A stretch of DNA of 32,000 bases from assembly GCA_026387835.1 (NCBI GenBank), contig JAPLKZ010000010.1, positions 90,001 to 122,000 on the forward strand, read 5' to 3'. The notes beneath the pieces were generated by a model that was given only the letters and a program-made list of their open reading frames with translations, made no database searches and was not told the origin of the DNA. Below are positions 1-8,203 of the stretch, piece after piece (within the stretch, counting starts at the first letter, position 1; each line of letters begins with the position of its first letter). The stretch is from Candidatus Saganbacteria bacterium. GTDB lineage: Bacteria > Margulisbacteria > WOR-1 > JAKLHX01. The translations under genes and the position numbers were made by a program.

Positions 1-468
1 CTTTAATTTTTCGCTCCTGAAAAGCGAGCTCAGTCTGTTGGCGTATGACAGAAGGAATACGTTCGATGAAAAATCTGTCGTCGAATAGACCTCGGGCCTG
101 TCGACCCCGCCCGAACTTGTCCATCTTGTGAGAGGGATCGAGCTTATCCCCGAAGACACAAAGCCCGCTCCGAGATATCCTGCCGGGACCGGTATCGCAC
201 AGCCGATGACAGTATAATTCACATCACCTATCAACGCGGCACGCATCGAAGTAAAATCAAAACCTTTGATCTGGGTCAGGCCGGAGGGGTTTAAAAATAT
301 CGCGGCCGCGTCATCCGCAAGACCGATGTATGCTTTGCCCATCGCAAGCGACCTCGCGCCCACGCCGATTATTGAAGGGTCCACCATCGAAGCCGCAAGC
401 GCAGGGCCCGTGGCAAGCATCATAAAAAGGACGGCTGCCGCCGCTGAATTTTTTAAAGATATTCTCAC
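1..468 (-). CDS. N-terminal part of PorV/PorQ-UPF0164-like outer-membrane protein (truncated by window edge)
   Basis: Open minus-strand frame from GTG at 468 to base 1 with no stop. Manual translation: MRISLKNSAAAAVLFMMLATGPALAASMVDPSIIGVGARSLAMGKAYIGLADDAAAIFLNPSGLTQIKGFDFTSMRAALIGDVNYTV...SEKLK. It has a signal peptide followed by the GARxxxMGxAYxxLADDxxAIFxNPxGL pattern typical of this family. Absent from the ORF track because no stop lies in the window. Confidence 0.75.
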   Translation of the reverse strand, partial: MRISLKNSAAAAVLFMMLATGPALAASMVDPSIIGVGARSLAMGKAYIGLADDAAAIFLNPSGLTQIKGFDFTSMRAALIGDVNYTVIGCAIPVPAGYLGAGFVSSGISSIPLTRWTSSGGVDRPEVYSTTDFSSNVFLLSYANRLSSLFRSEKLK

Positions 469-475
469 AAGATAT

Positions 476-505
476 ATTGTAGTCTTTCAGTTCCATATAA
501 GTCAA
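476..505 (-). promoter_or_regulatory. Putative sigma70-type promoter TTGACT-N18-TACAAT for the PorV-like gene
   Basis: Minus strand: TTGACT (505-500), 18-nt spacer, TACAAT (481-476), then 7 nt to the GTG start. Confidence 0.4.
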
Positions 506-541
506 GATAAACCTGCCGGGACGCGGTTTTCAATAAAAAGC

Positions 542-570
542 TTTCCAAAAAATATCAGGCGTTATATAAT
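542..570 (+). promoter_or_regulatory. Putative sigma70-type promoter TTTCCA-N17-TATAAT for rpoN
   Basis: TTTCCA 542-547, spacer 17, TATAAT 565-570; ATG at 624 preceded by GGGGAG. Confidence 0.4.
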
Positions 571-623
571 AAAATAACTGAAATTTTGGAAAAATACAGC
601 GGATAGTTAATGGGGAGAAAAAT

Positions 624-1991
624 ATGGGCATGACCGCCGGTCAAAACATGTTCTTGGATATTTCACTGAATATAAATCTGATGCTGAACCCCCGCATGCT
701 GCAGATGCTGAACGTTCTGAACCTTCCGTATGCCGAGCTCGTAGAAAAGATCAAAACGGAAGCCGAAGAAAATCCGCTTATCGAAATCGAACGCAGGGAC
801 GCGATGATAGAATACCTGAGATACCACAGCAGCACGCCCCTGAAAGAGACCCCTTCCGGCCTTCCGGAAGAAGGAAGCGAGGCCGGTTTTGAGCATTACA
901 TACAAAAGGGCGTCGAACTTGTGCCCCATCTCATGTCGCAGGCCGGACTGCTCGATATTTCCGAAAAGGAAAAAGAGATCGTGACCGAACTTATAAAGCA
1001 TCTCGACATCAACGGCTATATCAGGGACTGGGAAAGCGTTTCACCGGCCGTTATGAGCGCTCTCGGCGCCGCGGAAAAAGAGATCGAAGAAGCGCTCGGC
1101 CTTTTGCAAGGCCTTGAGCCTGACGGCATCGGCGCGAGAGACCTGAAAGAATGCCTTCTGATCCAGATCAGCGAATATGATTTTGAAGACGAGACCCTGG
1201 TAAAGCTGCTTAAGAAAGCCGTTTCCTCCCATCTGGACGAGATCGCTTCCAGAGACCTGGCCGCTATCTCAAAGTCGCTTGACATAACCGAAGAAGGGGC
1301 GCTCCAGATATGCGATTTCATAAAGAACAACCTGACCCCTTATCCTGGAGCCGCGTTCTCTTCATCCGCGACCCCGGCCATTCCGTCATTTTCCGTAAAA
1401 AAAGAAGGGCCGGAAATAAAACTGGTGAACCTTGAGACCAGATACGGGCCTGTCATCAAGCTGAGCCCTCAGTACCTGAAGATGCTTAAGGACCCCGGGA
1501 CCGACGCGGCGACCGTCTCGTTCATCAAGGAAAAGATAGACAAGGCCAACGAGCTCATCGAGCAGCTTGCAAAGCGCGGCGAAACGCTTGAAAAGATCGC
1601 TGTAGAGATCACCGAAAAACAAAAGGATTATCTTTTCGGAAAGTCCGCTCACCCGGCCCCTCTGCTTCAAAAAAGCATCTCGGCAAAGTTCGGCATCCAT
1701 CCCTCGACCGTCAGCAGGGCCGTTTCCGAAAAATATATCGAGACGCCGAAAGGCGTGATCAGCCTTAAGTCCCTTTGCCCGAAAGAGATACTGGGGACGA
1801 CCACCAATTCTCTCAGGGAAAAGGTACTTCAATTGATCTCAGCAGAGGACAATAAGGCCCCGTTGTCGGACTCCGACATACAAAGGCTGCTTTCAGCCCG
1901 GGGCTTTGACATAAAAAGAAGGACCGTGACCGATTACAGGAAAAAACTTTCCATCGGCACGGTCGCAGAGCGTAAGAAAGGCAAGCCGTGA
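624..1991 (+). CDS. rpoN: RNA polymerase sigma-54 factor
   Basis: 455 aa; N-terminal sigma-54 activator-interacting region (LMLNPRMLQMLNVLNL...EENPLIE), DNA-binding region with STVSRAVSEKYIETPKGVISLKSL and C-terminal RpoN-box-like RRTVTDYRKKL. Confidence 0.93.
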   Translation: MGMTAGQNMFLDISLNINLMLNPRMLQMLNVLNLPYAELVEKIKTEAEENPLIEIERRDAMIEYLRYHSSTPLKETPSGLPEEGSEAGFEHYIQKGVELVPHLMSQAGLLDISEKEKEIVTELIKHLDINGYIRDWESVSPAVMSALGAAEKEIEEALGLLQGLEPDGIGARDLKECLLIQISEYDFEDETLVKLLKKAVSSHLDEIASRDLAAISKSLDITEEGALQICDFIKNNLTPYPGAAFSSSATPAIPSFSVKKEGPEIKLVNLETRYGPVIKLSPQYLKMLKDPGTDAATVSFIKEKIDKANELIEQLAKRGETLEKIAVEITEKQKDYLFGKSAHPAPLLQKSISAKFGIHPSTVSRAVSEKYIETPKGVISLKSLCPKEILGTTTNSLREKVLQLISAEDNKAPLSDSDIQRLLSARGFDIKRRTVTDYRKKLSIGTVAERKKGKP

Positions 1992-3334
1992 ACAAGCCTA
2001 AAATACTGATAATCGACGACGATAAGAACCTGAGGGCTTCCATGAAGATGGCATTGAAGGATTCTTATGATGTGTCCGAAGCCGAAAGCGGCGAGACAGG
2101 GCTTCAAAAGATCGTCAGGGAAAGTGTCGATCTTGTGCTTCTCGACCTGCGTCTGCCCGGCACGAACGGGCTCAAGGTCCTGCAGGAGATCAAGAAGATC
2201 GACGAGACGATGAACGTAATAATGATAACCGCGGACAACACCGTCAAAAAGGCCGTTGATGCGATGAAACACGGCGCGTATGATTACATCACAAAACCGT
2301 TCGATCTTGAAGAACTGTCCCTGCTGGTCGCAAAAGCTCTTGAAAAAATATCCATACAAAAAGAGAACCTCATCCTCAGGCAGTCTATCGGTCCCTTGAA
2401 AGACCGGATGATCGGCAACAGCCGGAAGATAAAGGAACTTTTTTCGCTGATCGACGATATCGCCGGCAGCTCCGCGACAGTACTGATCCAGGGTGAGACC
2501 GGAGTGGGCAAAGAGCTCGTCGCGCGCCAGATCCACAAAAGATCCGGCCGCTCCGCCAAATTGTTCATCACGGTCAACTGCTCCGCTATTCCGGATAACC
2601 TCATAGAATCCGAACTTTTCGGCCACGAAAAAGGCTCGTTCACGGGAGCTTTCGAACGCCACCTGGGAAAATTTGAGATGGCCGACGGCGGGACGATATT
2701 CCTTGACGAGGTAGCGACCCTCGCTCCCAACATGCAGGCCAAACTGCTCCGGGTACTTCAGGAAAAGACGATCGAGCGCGTCGGTTCCGAAAGGCCTATA
2801 GATATTGACGCGAGGATAATCTCGGCCACCAATATTGACCTGAAAAAAGTCGTCGCAGAGGGCAAGTTCAGGGAGGACCTTTTTTACAGGCTGAACGTGA
2901 TCCCTGTCATTGTCCCTCCCCTGCGCGAAAGAAAAGATGACATAGGCCTTCTGGCGGCGCATTTCATAAAGAAATACGCCGTAATGCTTAACAAGAACAT
3001 AATCGGCATGACTGAAGAAGCCGCTCGTCTGCTGAATGATTATTCATGGCCGGGCAACGTAAGGGAACTCGGGAACCTTATCGAAAGGCTCGTCGTCCTG
3101 GGAAAGGAAAAATACATATCCGCAAAGTCCCTTCCCAGCGAGATAACAAAGGATGAAAAGTCGCCTACTATCAGGGAGATACGGCGTCTCAGCCTTAAAG
3201 AGGCCACAAAAGAGTTCGAAAAGGACTTTATCAGGCAGATAATCGTCAAAGCCGGCGGCAGCAAATCCAAAGCCGCAAAAATGCTGGGGATCCACAGGAA
3301 CACTCTTCTGCAGCTTGAAAAAAAACTTAATTAG
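1988..3334 (+). CDS. Sigma-54-dependent response regulator, NtrC/AtoC family (receiver + AAA+ + Fis HTH)
   Basis: Receiver IDDDKNLR...DLVLLDLRLPG...KPF; Walker A GETGVGKE; GSFTGAF loop motif; Walker B GGTIFLDEV; C-terminal Fis-type HTH. GTG start overlaps the rpoN stop. Confidence 0.93.
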   Translation: MNKPKILIIDDDKNLRASMKMALKDSYDVSEAESGETGLQKIVRESVDLVLLDLRLPGTNGLKVLQEIKKIDETMNVIMITADNTVKKAVDAMKHGAYDYITKPFDLEELSLLVAKALEKISIQKENLILRQSIGPLKDRMIGNSRKIKELFSLIDDIAGSSATVLIQGETGVGKELVARQIHKRSGRSAKLFITVNCSAIPDNLIESELFGHEKGSFTGAFERHLGKFEMADGGTIFLDEVATLAPNMQAKLLRVLQEKTIERVGSERPIDIDARIISATNIDLKKVVAEGKFREDLFYRLNVIPVIVPPLRERKDDIGLLAAHFIKKYAVMLNKNIIGMTEEAARLLNDYSWPGNVRELGNLIERLVVLGKEKYISAKSLPSEITKDEKSPTIREIRRLSLKEATKEFEKDFIRQIIVKAGGSKSKAAKMLGIHRNTLLQLEKKLN

Positions 3335-3359
3335 GATTACAATTGTCTTGCACATAAAC

Positions 3360-3380
3360 ATGTGCACCTGCACATTTTTA
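3360..3380 (+). terminator. Putative intrinsic terminator after the rpoN-ntrC-like operon
   Basis: ATGTGCA-CC-TGCACAT perfect inverted repeat (3360-3375) followed by TTTTTA. AT-rich with a short loop, so moderate support. Confidence 0.4.
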
Positions 3381-3431
3381 TATGCATTTTTTACGGGAAG
3401 CTCTGGCTGATTTTGTTCGGATTTAGAGCGG

Positions 3432-3469
3432 CGGGCCTGTCCGCCGAAGCCCGGAGGGCGAAGGCGGGC
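3432..3469. repeat. REP-like GC-rich imperfect hairpin element
   Basis: CGGGCCTGTCCGCCGAAGCCCGGAGGGCGAAGGCGGGC: imperfect inverted arms (GTCCGCC...GCCC / GGGC...GGCGGGC) in an otherwise AT-rich intergenic region. Confidence 0.4.
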
Positions 3470-3516
3470 AAATTGCTTATTTCCTCTTATAGATATAGCG
3501 GAAGGAGGAAAAGACC

Positions 3517-3852
3517 ATGGAAAGTAATAATCTCGACAGGACCATCGGGAAAAGACCCTCAAAAGATCTTGAAGGCGCGTTGATGTTCGGCATCAAGGAC
3601 CAGGACAAAATAGAGAAGTTCGAGGGTATCCTTACTGAAGTTTTTTGTACTTCGGACAGCATCAGCGAAGCTGTAGAAAAGATGGTGACGGCTGCCCTCA
3701 CCGTGGAATTCGGCGAAAGCCTGCTTAAGAAGGATGGAGCAAAGAACATGGTATCCACAATCTCAAGAAGCATCATATCCGACAGCGAACTGAGGAAACA
3801 GTCCCTGATAATCATGGACAGGTTCGCAAAGCCAACGGAACTCAACGCATGA
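3517..3852 (+). CDS. Conserved-looking hypothetical protein, 111 aa
   Basis: Strong SD (AAGGAGG) before ATG; its end overlaps the ATG of the next regulator gene (3849), implying translational coupling. No family recognised. Confidence 0.75.
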   Translation: MESNNLDRTIGKRPSKDLEGALMFGIKDQDKIEKFEGILTEVFCTSDSISEAVEKMVTAALTVEFGESLLKKDGAKNMVSTISRSIISDSELRKQSLIIMDRFAKPTELNA

Positions 3853-5222
3853 CACCGGAATTAAAACCCGTGGTCCTCGTGGTGGACGACGAGACAAGTA
3901 TAAGGGAGTCTTTTTCACTTATACTGCAGGACCAGTATAATGTGGTCGGCGTCGCTTCGGGCGAGGCCGCGGTCAAGAAGATCGTCGATTCAAGCGTAGA
4001 TCTGGTATACCTTGACATCCGCATGCCCGGGATAGACGGCATTGAAACTCTCCGCAAGATAAAAGATATCGATGACACCATCGAAGTCGTGATGGTCACC
4101 GCCGTGAACGATATCCAGAAAGCCGGCGAAGCCATCCGGATAGGCGCAAATAATTATATAGTCAAGCCGTTTGACGTGGACCAGATAATCATGATGACAA
4201 AAGCGCTGACCGGAAAAAAGATACTCAAACACGAGACAAAAAAGATAAGGAACGGCGCGAAGTCGCGGCCATCGGCTCCCGAAATACCGGGGGTCTCAAA
4301 GCAGATAAGCGACGTCACGGCCAGACTGGACAAATTGTCCTCATCCGATGCTACCGTACTTTTTACCGGCGAAAGAGGTTCCGATGTCGAGAGATTCGCG
4401 TTCTTTGTCCATTTAAAAAGCGGCAGAAAAGCCCTCCCCTTCAAGGTCATCGATATAGCGCAAAACATCCAGGAAGACATCCTTTATGACAGGCTTTTCG
4501 GAAGCGGTAAAGGCTCTTTCATAAATGCTCTTGAAAAAGACACCGGCATCATTGAAGAAGCCGCCGGCGGAAGCGTCCTTATTCTGAACATCGAGAATGC
4601 GCCGCTGACGGTGCAGGACGCGCTGTTAAAATTTATTTCGGAAAGATCATTCAACCGGAGGGGAAGCCTTTTTTCCCTTTCAGCCGATGTCAGGGTGATG
4701 TTCTTCAGCTGCAAAGACCTGAAATCGCTTGCGGATGAGGGCGCTTTTTCCGCAAAGCTGCTGTCGCTCTGCAAGGACTCATCCGTGGAGATCCCGCCTC
4801 TGAACCGCAGAAAAGAAGACATCGCGAGCATAACAAGCGATATCATGGAAGAACTCAATACCGAATACAACAGGAGTTTCAAGGAATTGAGCCGGGACGC
4901 GCTTGATATTCTTTCCTCTTATTCCTGGCCCGGTGATGAATGCGAGCTAAAAAGCCTTCTGAGGCGCGTTATCTGCTCCAGGGATCAGCAGATGATCAGG
5001 GCCTCGGACCTGCCGTACGGTTTTTTCCTGGACCGCGGCTTGTTCCCTGCTTCCGAAGAAACCAGGCAGTTCTCACTTGCTGAAATGTCGTCTAAGTTCG
5101 AAAAAAACCTTATCCGAGGCGTCCTGAAAAAATGTAATTTTGACCTTAAAAAAACCGCGCAGGCGCTCAACATCACAAAGACAGCGCTGACCTCGAAGAT
5201 AGAAACGCTGGAGATAGCCTGA
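3849..5222 (+). CDS. NtrC-like response regulator with degenerate AAA+ domain and Fis-type HTH
   Basis: Intact-looking receiver (VVDDETSIRES...LVYLDIRMPG...KPFD) and C-terminal Fis-like HTH (NLIRGVLKKCNFDLKKTAQALNITKTAL). The central domain aligns with NtrC AAA+ but lacks Walker A, GAFTGA and Walker B consensus residues. Confidence 0.88.
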   Translation: MTPELKPVVLVVDDETSIRESFSLILQDQYNVVGVASGEAAVKKIVDSSVDLVYLDIRMPGIDGIETLRKIKDIDDTIEVVMVTAVNDIQKAGEAIRIGANNYIVKPFDVDQIIMMTKALTGKKILKHETKKIRNGAKSRPSAPEIPGVSKQISDVTARLDKLSSSDATVLFTGERGSDVERFAFFVHLKSGRKALPFKVIDIAQNIQEDILYDRLFGSGKGSFINALEKDTGIIEEAAGGSVLILNIENAPLTVQDALLKFISERSFNRRGSLFSLSADVRVMFFSCKDLKSLADEGAFSAKLLSLCKDSSVEIPPLNRRKEDIASITSDIMEELNTEYNRSFKELSRDALDILSSYSWPGDECELKSLLRRVICSRDQQMIRASDLPYGFFLDRGLFPASEETRQFSLAEMSSKFEKNLIRGVLKKCNFDLKKTAQALNITKTALTSKIETLEIA

Positions 5223-5240
5223 ATCAGGTCTTTTAATGAA

Positions 5241-5325
5241 TGCCGCGGGCCGGAGTCGAACCGGCATGGATTATGCATCCAAGGGATTTTAAGTCCCTCG
5301 TGTATACCAATTCCACCACCGCGGC
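5241..5325 (-). tRNA. tRNA-Leu(UAA)
   Basis: Minus strand GCCGCGG TGG...TTGGTATACACGAGGGACTTAAAATCCCTTGG...GGTTCGACTCC...CCGCGGC A: 7-bp acceptor stem, anticodon TAA in ACTTAAAATC, long variable arm, T loop GGTTCGA. No encoded CCA. Confidence 0.95.
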
Positions 5326-5332
5326 TGACGGT

Positions 5333-5611
5333 CTACTTATTATAGATTATTTTGTAGGCAGTTTCTCCGCTTTTTACCAGCCCTAATTTCTGTCTCGCGA
5401 TCAACTCGATGTCATCATCGCTATTTAATGATCTCAATTTTTTGAGCAAATACTGTTTTCTCTCGGTTTCCTGCTTGACCATTACAGACATCTTTTCATT
5501 TTGCTTTTTCAGGTTTGCCAGCATATCAAGGTCATTTTTTACGGTTATGACAAGCGCGAGCAACAGAAGGATAAAGATCGTCAGGTCCCATTTTATGTTT
5601 TTTAGCGTCAT
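5333..5611 (-). CDS. Septum formation initiator, FtsB/DivIC-like
   Basis: 92 aa; single N-terminal TM, then a coiled coil (LKKQNEKMSVMVKQETERKQYLLKKLRSLNSDDDIELIARQKLGLVKSGE), the family-typical architecture. Confidence 0.75.
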   Translation of the reverse strand: MTLKNIKWDLTIFILLLLALVITVKNDLDMLANLKKQNEKMSVMVKQETERKQYLLKKLRSLNSDDDIELIARQKLGLVKSGETAYKIIYNK

Positions 5612-5620
5612 CCTTCGGTC

Positions 5621-8203
5621 CTATTTTAAGATGTTCTTCAACTTCAAAGCCGTTTCGTTCTGGCCGTCAAGCGAAAGCGCCTGGTCGACTTCCTGTCTTG
5701 CGGTCTTGATATCGCCTTTTTTATAATAATAAAGCCCCAGCCCGCTGTGAAGCTGCGGGTAAGCCGGGTCGGACAGCATCACAGTCTGGAAAATCTCAAA
5801 AGCCTTGTCCGTCTTTCCCGTATTGACACAGATGATCCCGATACCCGTCATGGCGCGCACGTCACCGCTGTTTTTTTCCAGCACCCTAGTATAATAGTCG
5901 TTTGCCTTGTCAAACATCCCGAGATCCGTATAAATACTTCCTATCATGACTGCAACATCGATGCCGTCCGGATTTTGCGCCAGTACTTTATCGAATACCT
6001 CCGCTGCTTTTTCAGGCTCGTTCGTGAACTTGTAATATCTGTAGATCGCCTTTCCTACATCGGCAAGCGTCGGGTTCGCTGCGAATGCTTTTTCATAAAA
6101 AGAGATCGCTTCTTTAGTCCTGCCTTTTCTTTCGCTCAAGAAACCCATGTTCTGGTATGCCTCGGCATAATACGGGTCTATCTTTATAGCCGCGATCGTA
6201 TAGGCCTCTGATGATTGATTAAAATCGCCGGCTTTGAGGTCGGTCAATATAAGGTATGTCCGCGCCGCCATGTAATAATTATCGGCATTATAAGGGTCGG
6301 CTTTCTGGCCCTGCTCGAATATCGAGACCGTGCGCTTTACCTGTTTTATATCTTCTTCCCTGTTGCCCGACCTGACGTTCAGCGCGGCCATTCCGAAATT
6401 CGTATAATACATCCCTTCATAAGCGGAAAAATCGAGCGCCTTTTTGTAATCGGACTGACTGGCTTCTGCCTGGTTAGAGTCGGATTCGTTCTTTGCCGTC
6501 TTGTAAAACTTGTCCGCTATATACGGAAATGCCGATATATATAAAAGCACGGCTATCAGGGCCCATGCAAGGATCACCGGCACCCAGTCCGGCCTGAAAT
6601 CCTTTTTCCGCTCCTGGGTCTCTTCTTTTTTGGAAGTTATGTGCGCGGCCATTCCGATCATTATCCAGAAAAGCGATGTGATGGCCACGACCCCGAAGCT
6701 GAACTGGTTCTGGACAAGATATGCCGTCATCGCCCCGAGCAGCCCGCTGAGCATTATCTGATCTTTCGGCCGTTTTTTTATCCCCGAAATGCACAGAAAA
6801 AACACCTGCGCCAGGAGAAAAATATAGGCGCACAGGGTCACAAACCCTCTTGTAACGGTCATGTCAAGGACTTCATTATGGCAGCGGTCCTGTTTAACAT
6901 GGAACGCTTCTTTGAAACGGAACATCGGGGTCTCGTACTGCGGGAATACCATCTTAATGACCTCCGGTCCCACTCCGAATACCGGCCTGTCGGGAATAAA
7001 GCGGAGCGCGGATGTCCATGTTTCAAGGCGGGATCCCGCCGCTCCCTTTAGGTCCAGCCTGGCTGCTCCGGATCTTTCCGCCACGTTTACCTCAAAAAAT
7101 CTCTGGGCCTGCTGGGACCCGAGATTCATGAAAGAGAACAGCGTGACCAGGACGCAGATACCCGCGATAAGTCCCCATATCCTTATGTTGTCGAAAAATA
7201 TTTTACGGCCGCACAGCAGGATGAACAGCGCGAGCGCGCATATAAGACCGAACCATCCTCCCCTGCTCTGGGTGGAGAGTATCCCCAGGAAAATGAAACA
7301 AAGAGAGACCGTCAGGATTATGTTCATCAGTCTCGTGTCAAGTTCTTCAAAATACCACGAAAAATATATGGATATGCCGAATATCAGCAAAAATGCCAGA
7401 AGCCACTGCACCAGCATCGTATTCCCTTCGGCATGGTAGATCGCGTAGATGAATATGAGAGGAGCTGAGATATAGGCCAGTGCGAATTTCGCCTGGAAGA
7501 ATATCTCGTTCCAGTCGCGCCTGAAAGTCGGAGCCGCTTTCTTATACTTGGGTTTCAGCTCGATCTTATAAAGCGGATAGTTCTTTTTCAGCGTAAAAAG
7601 CAGCAGCAGCCCGAGCATGAACGTCATGTCAAGGTAAGCTGCCAGAAAGTTCGGCTGGCCTATTGTCGCTATGACCCTTTCGGCCGTAAGTACCCCGCCC
7701 CATGCGTACGGATCTATTTCCAGCCTCTGGATCAAACCGTAAGAGGACATCACGACAGCGGCCATGACGGACAGCATCAACACCCTGCGCATCTTGACTT
7801 CATCGGCCAAAAAGTTTGTCGAGATGAAGAACAGTGCCGCGTAATTTATTATCGTGATGAAGCCTTCATATCTTCCGTAAGAACCGACGATGCTTATATA
7901 TACATTGATCGAAAGCAGCGTGGCGGCCGCAACGCATAACAGATACGTGACGACAGGAAGGTCGAGCCCGGTCCTGATAAGTTTTTTGCCTCCCCCGACC
8001 GATAATTTTGTCACCCACAGGCCGACGACTATCAGCGTAAGCGCTCTTATCCATGTCGCCTTGCTTAAAGAAAAGACTATGCCGATCCTTCTGTCAAAGT
8101 ATAGAGGAGCAAACAGGATTATGAGCAGAATAGTGATCTCGATCGCGTAATCGATATATTTTGATATTTTTTCGGTCATCTTGTTATAAAAATATGATAC
8201 CAA
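5621..8203 (-). CDS. O-antigen ligase/Wzy/PglL-like multi-TM protein with C-terminal TPR repeats
   Basis: 860 aa; many TMs, GRYEGFITIINYAALFF, STQSRGGWFGL, and DRCHNEVLDMTVTRG (Wzy_C-like H-N-E motif), then multiple TPR units (GMFYTNFGMAAL..., AEAYQNMGFLSERKGRTKEAISFYEKAF..., IGSIYTDLGMFDKANDYYTRVL). Start may be the ATG at 8179, just after the upstream gene's stop. Confidence 0.82.
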   Translation of the reverse strand: MVSYFYNKMTEKISKYIDYAIEITILLIILFAPLYFDRRIGIVFSLSKATWIRALTLIVVGLWVTKLSVGGGKKLIRTGLDLPVVTYLLCVAAATLLSINVYISIVGSYGRYEGFITIINYAALFFISTNFLADEVKMRRVLMLSVMAAVVMSSYGLIQRLEIDPYAWGGVLTAERVIATIGQPNFLAAYLDMTFMLGLLLLFTLKKNYPLYKIELKPKYKKAAPTFRRDWNEIFFQAKFALAYISAPLIFIYAIYHAEGNTMLVQWLLAFLLIFGISIYFSWYFEELDTRLMNIILTVSLCFIFLGILSTQSRGGWFGLICALALFILLCGRKIFFDNIRIWGLIAGICVLVTLFSFMNLGSQQAQRFFEVNVAERSGAARLDLKGAAGSRLETWTSALRFIPDRPVFGVGPEVIKMVFPQYETPMFRFKEAFHVKQDRCHNEVLDMTVTRGFVTLCAYIFLLAQVFFLCISGIKKRPKDQIMLSGLLGAMTAYLVQNQFSFGVVAITSLFWIMIGMAAHITSKKEETQERKKDFRPDWVPVILAWALIAVLLYISAFPYIADKFYKTAKNESDSNQAEASQSDYKKALDFSAYEGMYYTNFGMAALNVRSGNREEDIKQVKRTVSIFEQGQKADPYNADNYYMAARTYLILTDLKAGDFNQSSEAYTIAAIKIDPYYAEAYQNMGFLSERKGRTKEAISFYEKAFAANPTLADVGKAIYRYYKFTNEPEKAAEVFDKVLAQNPDGIDVAVMIGSIYTDLGMFDKANDYYTRVLEKNSGDVRAMTGIGIICVNTGKTDKAFEIFQTVMLSDPAYPQLHSGLGLYYYKKGDIKTARQEVDQALSLDGQNETALKLKNILK

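Noticed and set aside
266-577. 103-aa + strand ORF MIWVRPEGFKNI...
   Set aside because: Antisense to the PorV-like signal peptide and conserved region on the minus strand. The minus-strand frame shows clear protein motifs, this one none.
1934-2962. 342-aa minus-strand ORF opposite the NtrC-like gene
   Set aside because: Arises from codon bias opposite a well-supported receiver/AAA+ gene; no recognisable motifs or SD.
5326-5344. TATAAT (minus strand, 5344-5339) as a tRNA-Leu promoter
   Set aside because: No convincing -35 upstream and it partly lies in the 3' end of the FtsB-like gene; co-transcription with that gene is equally possible.
5747-7439. Several + strand ORFs (154, 109, 83, 136, 192 aa) opposite the Wzy-like/TPR gene
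   Set aside because: Overlapping antisense shadows; the minus-strand frame is one continuous 860-aa protein with TM and TPR structure.
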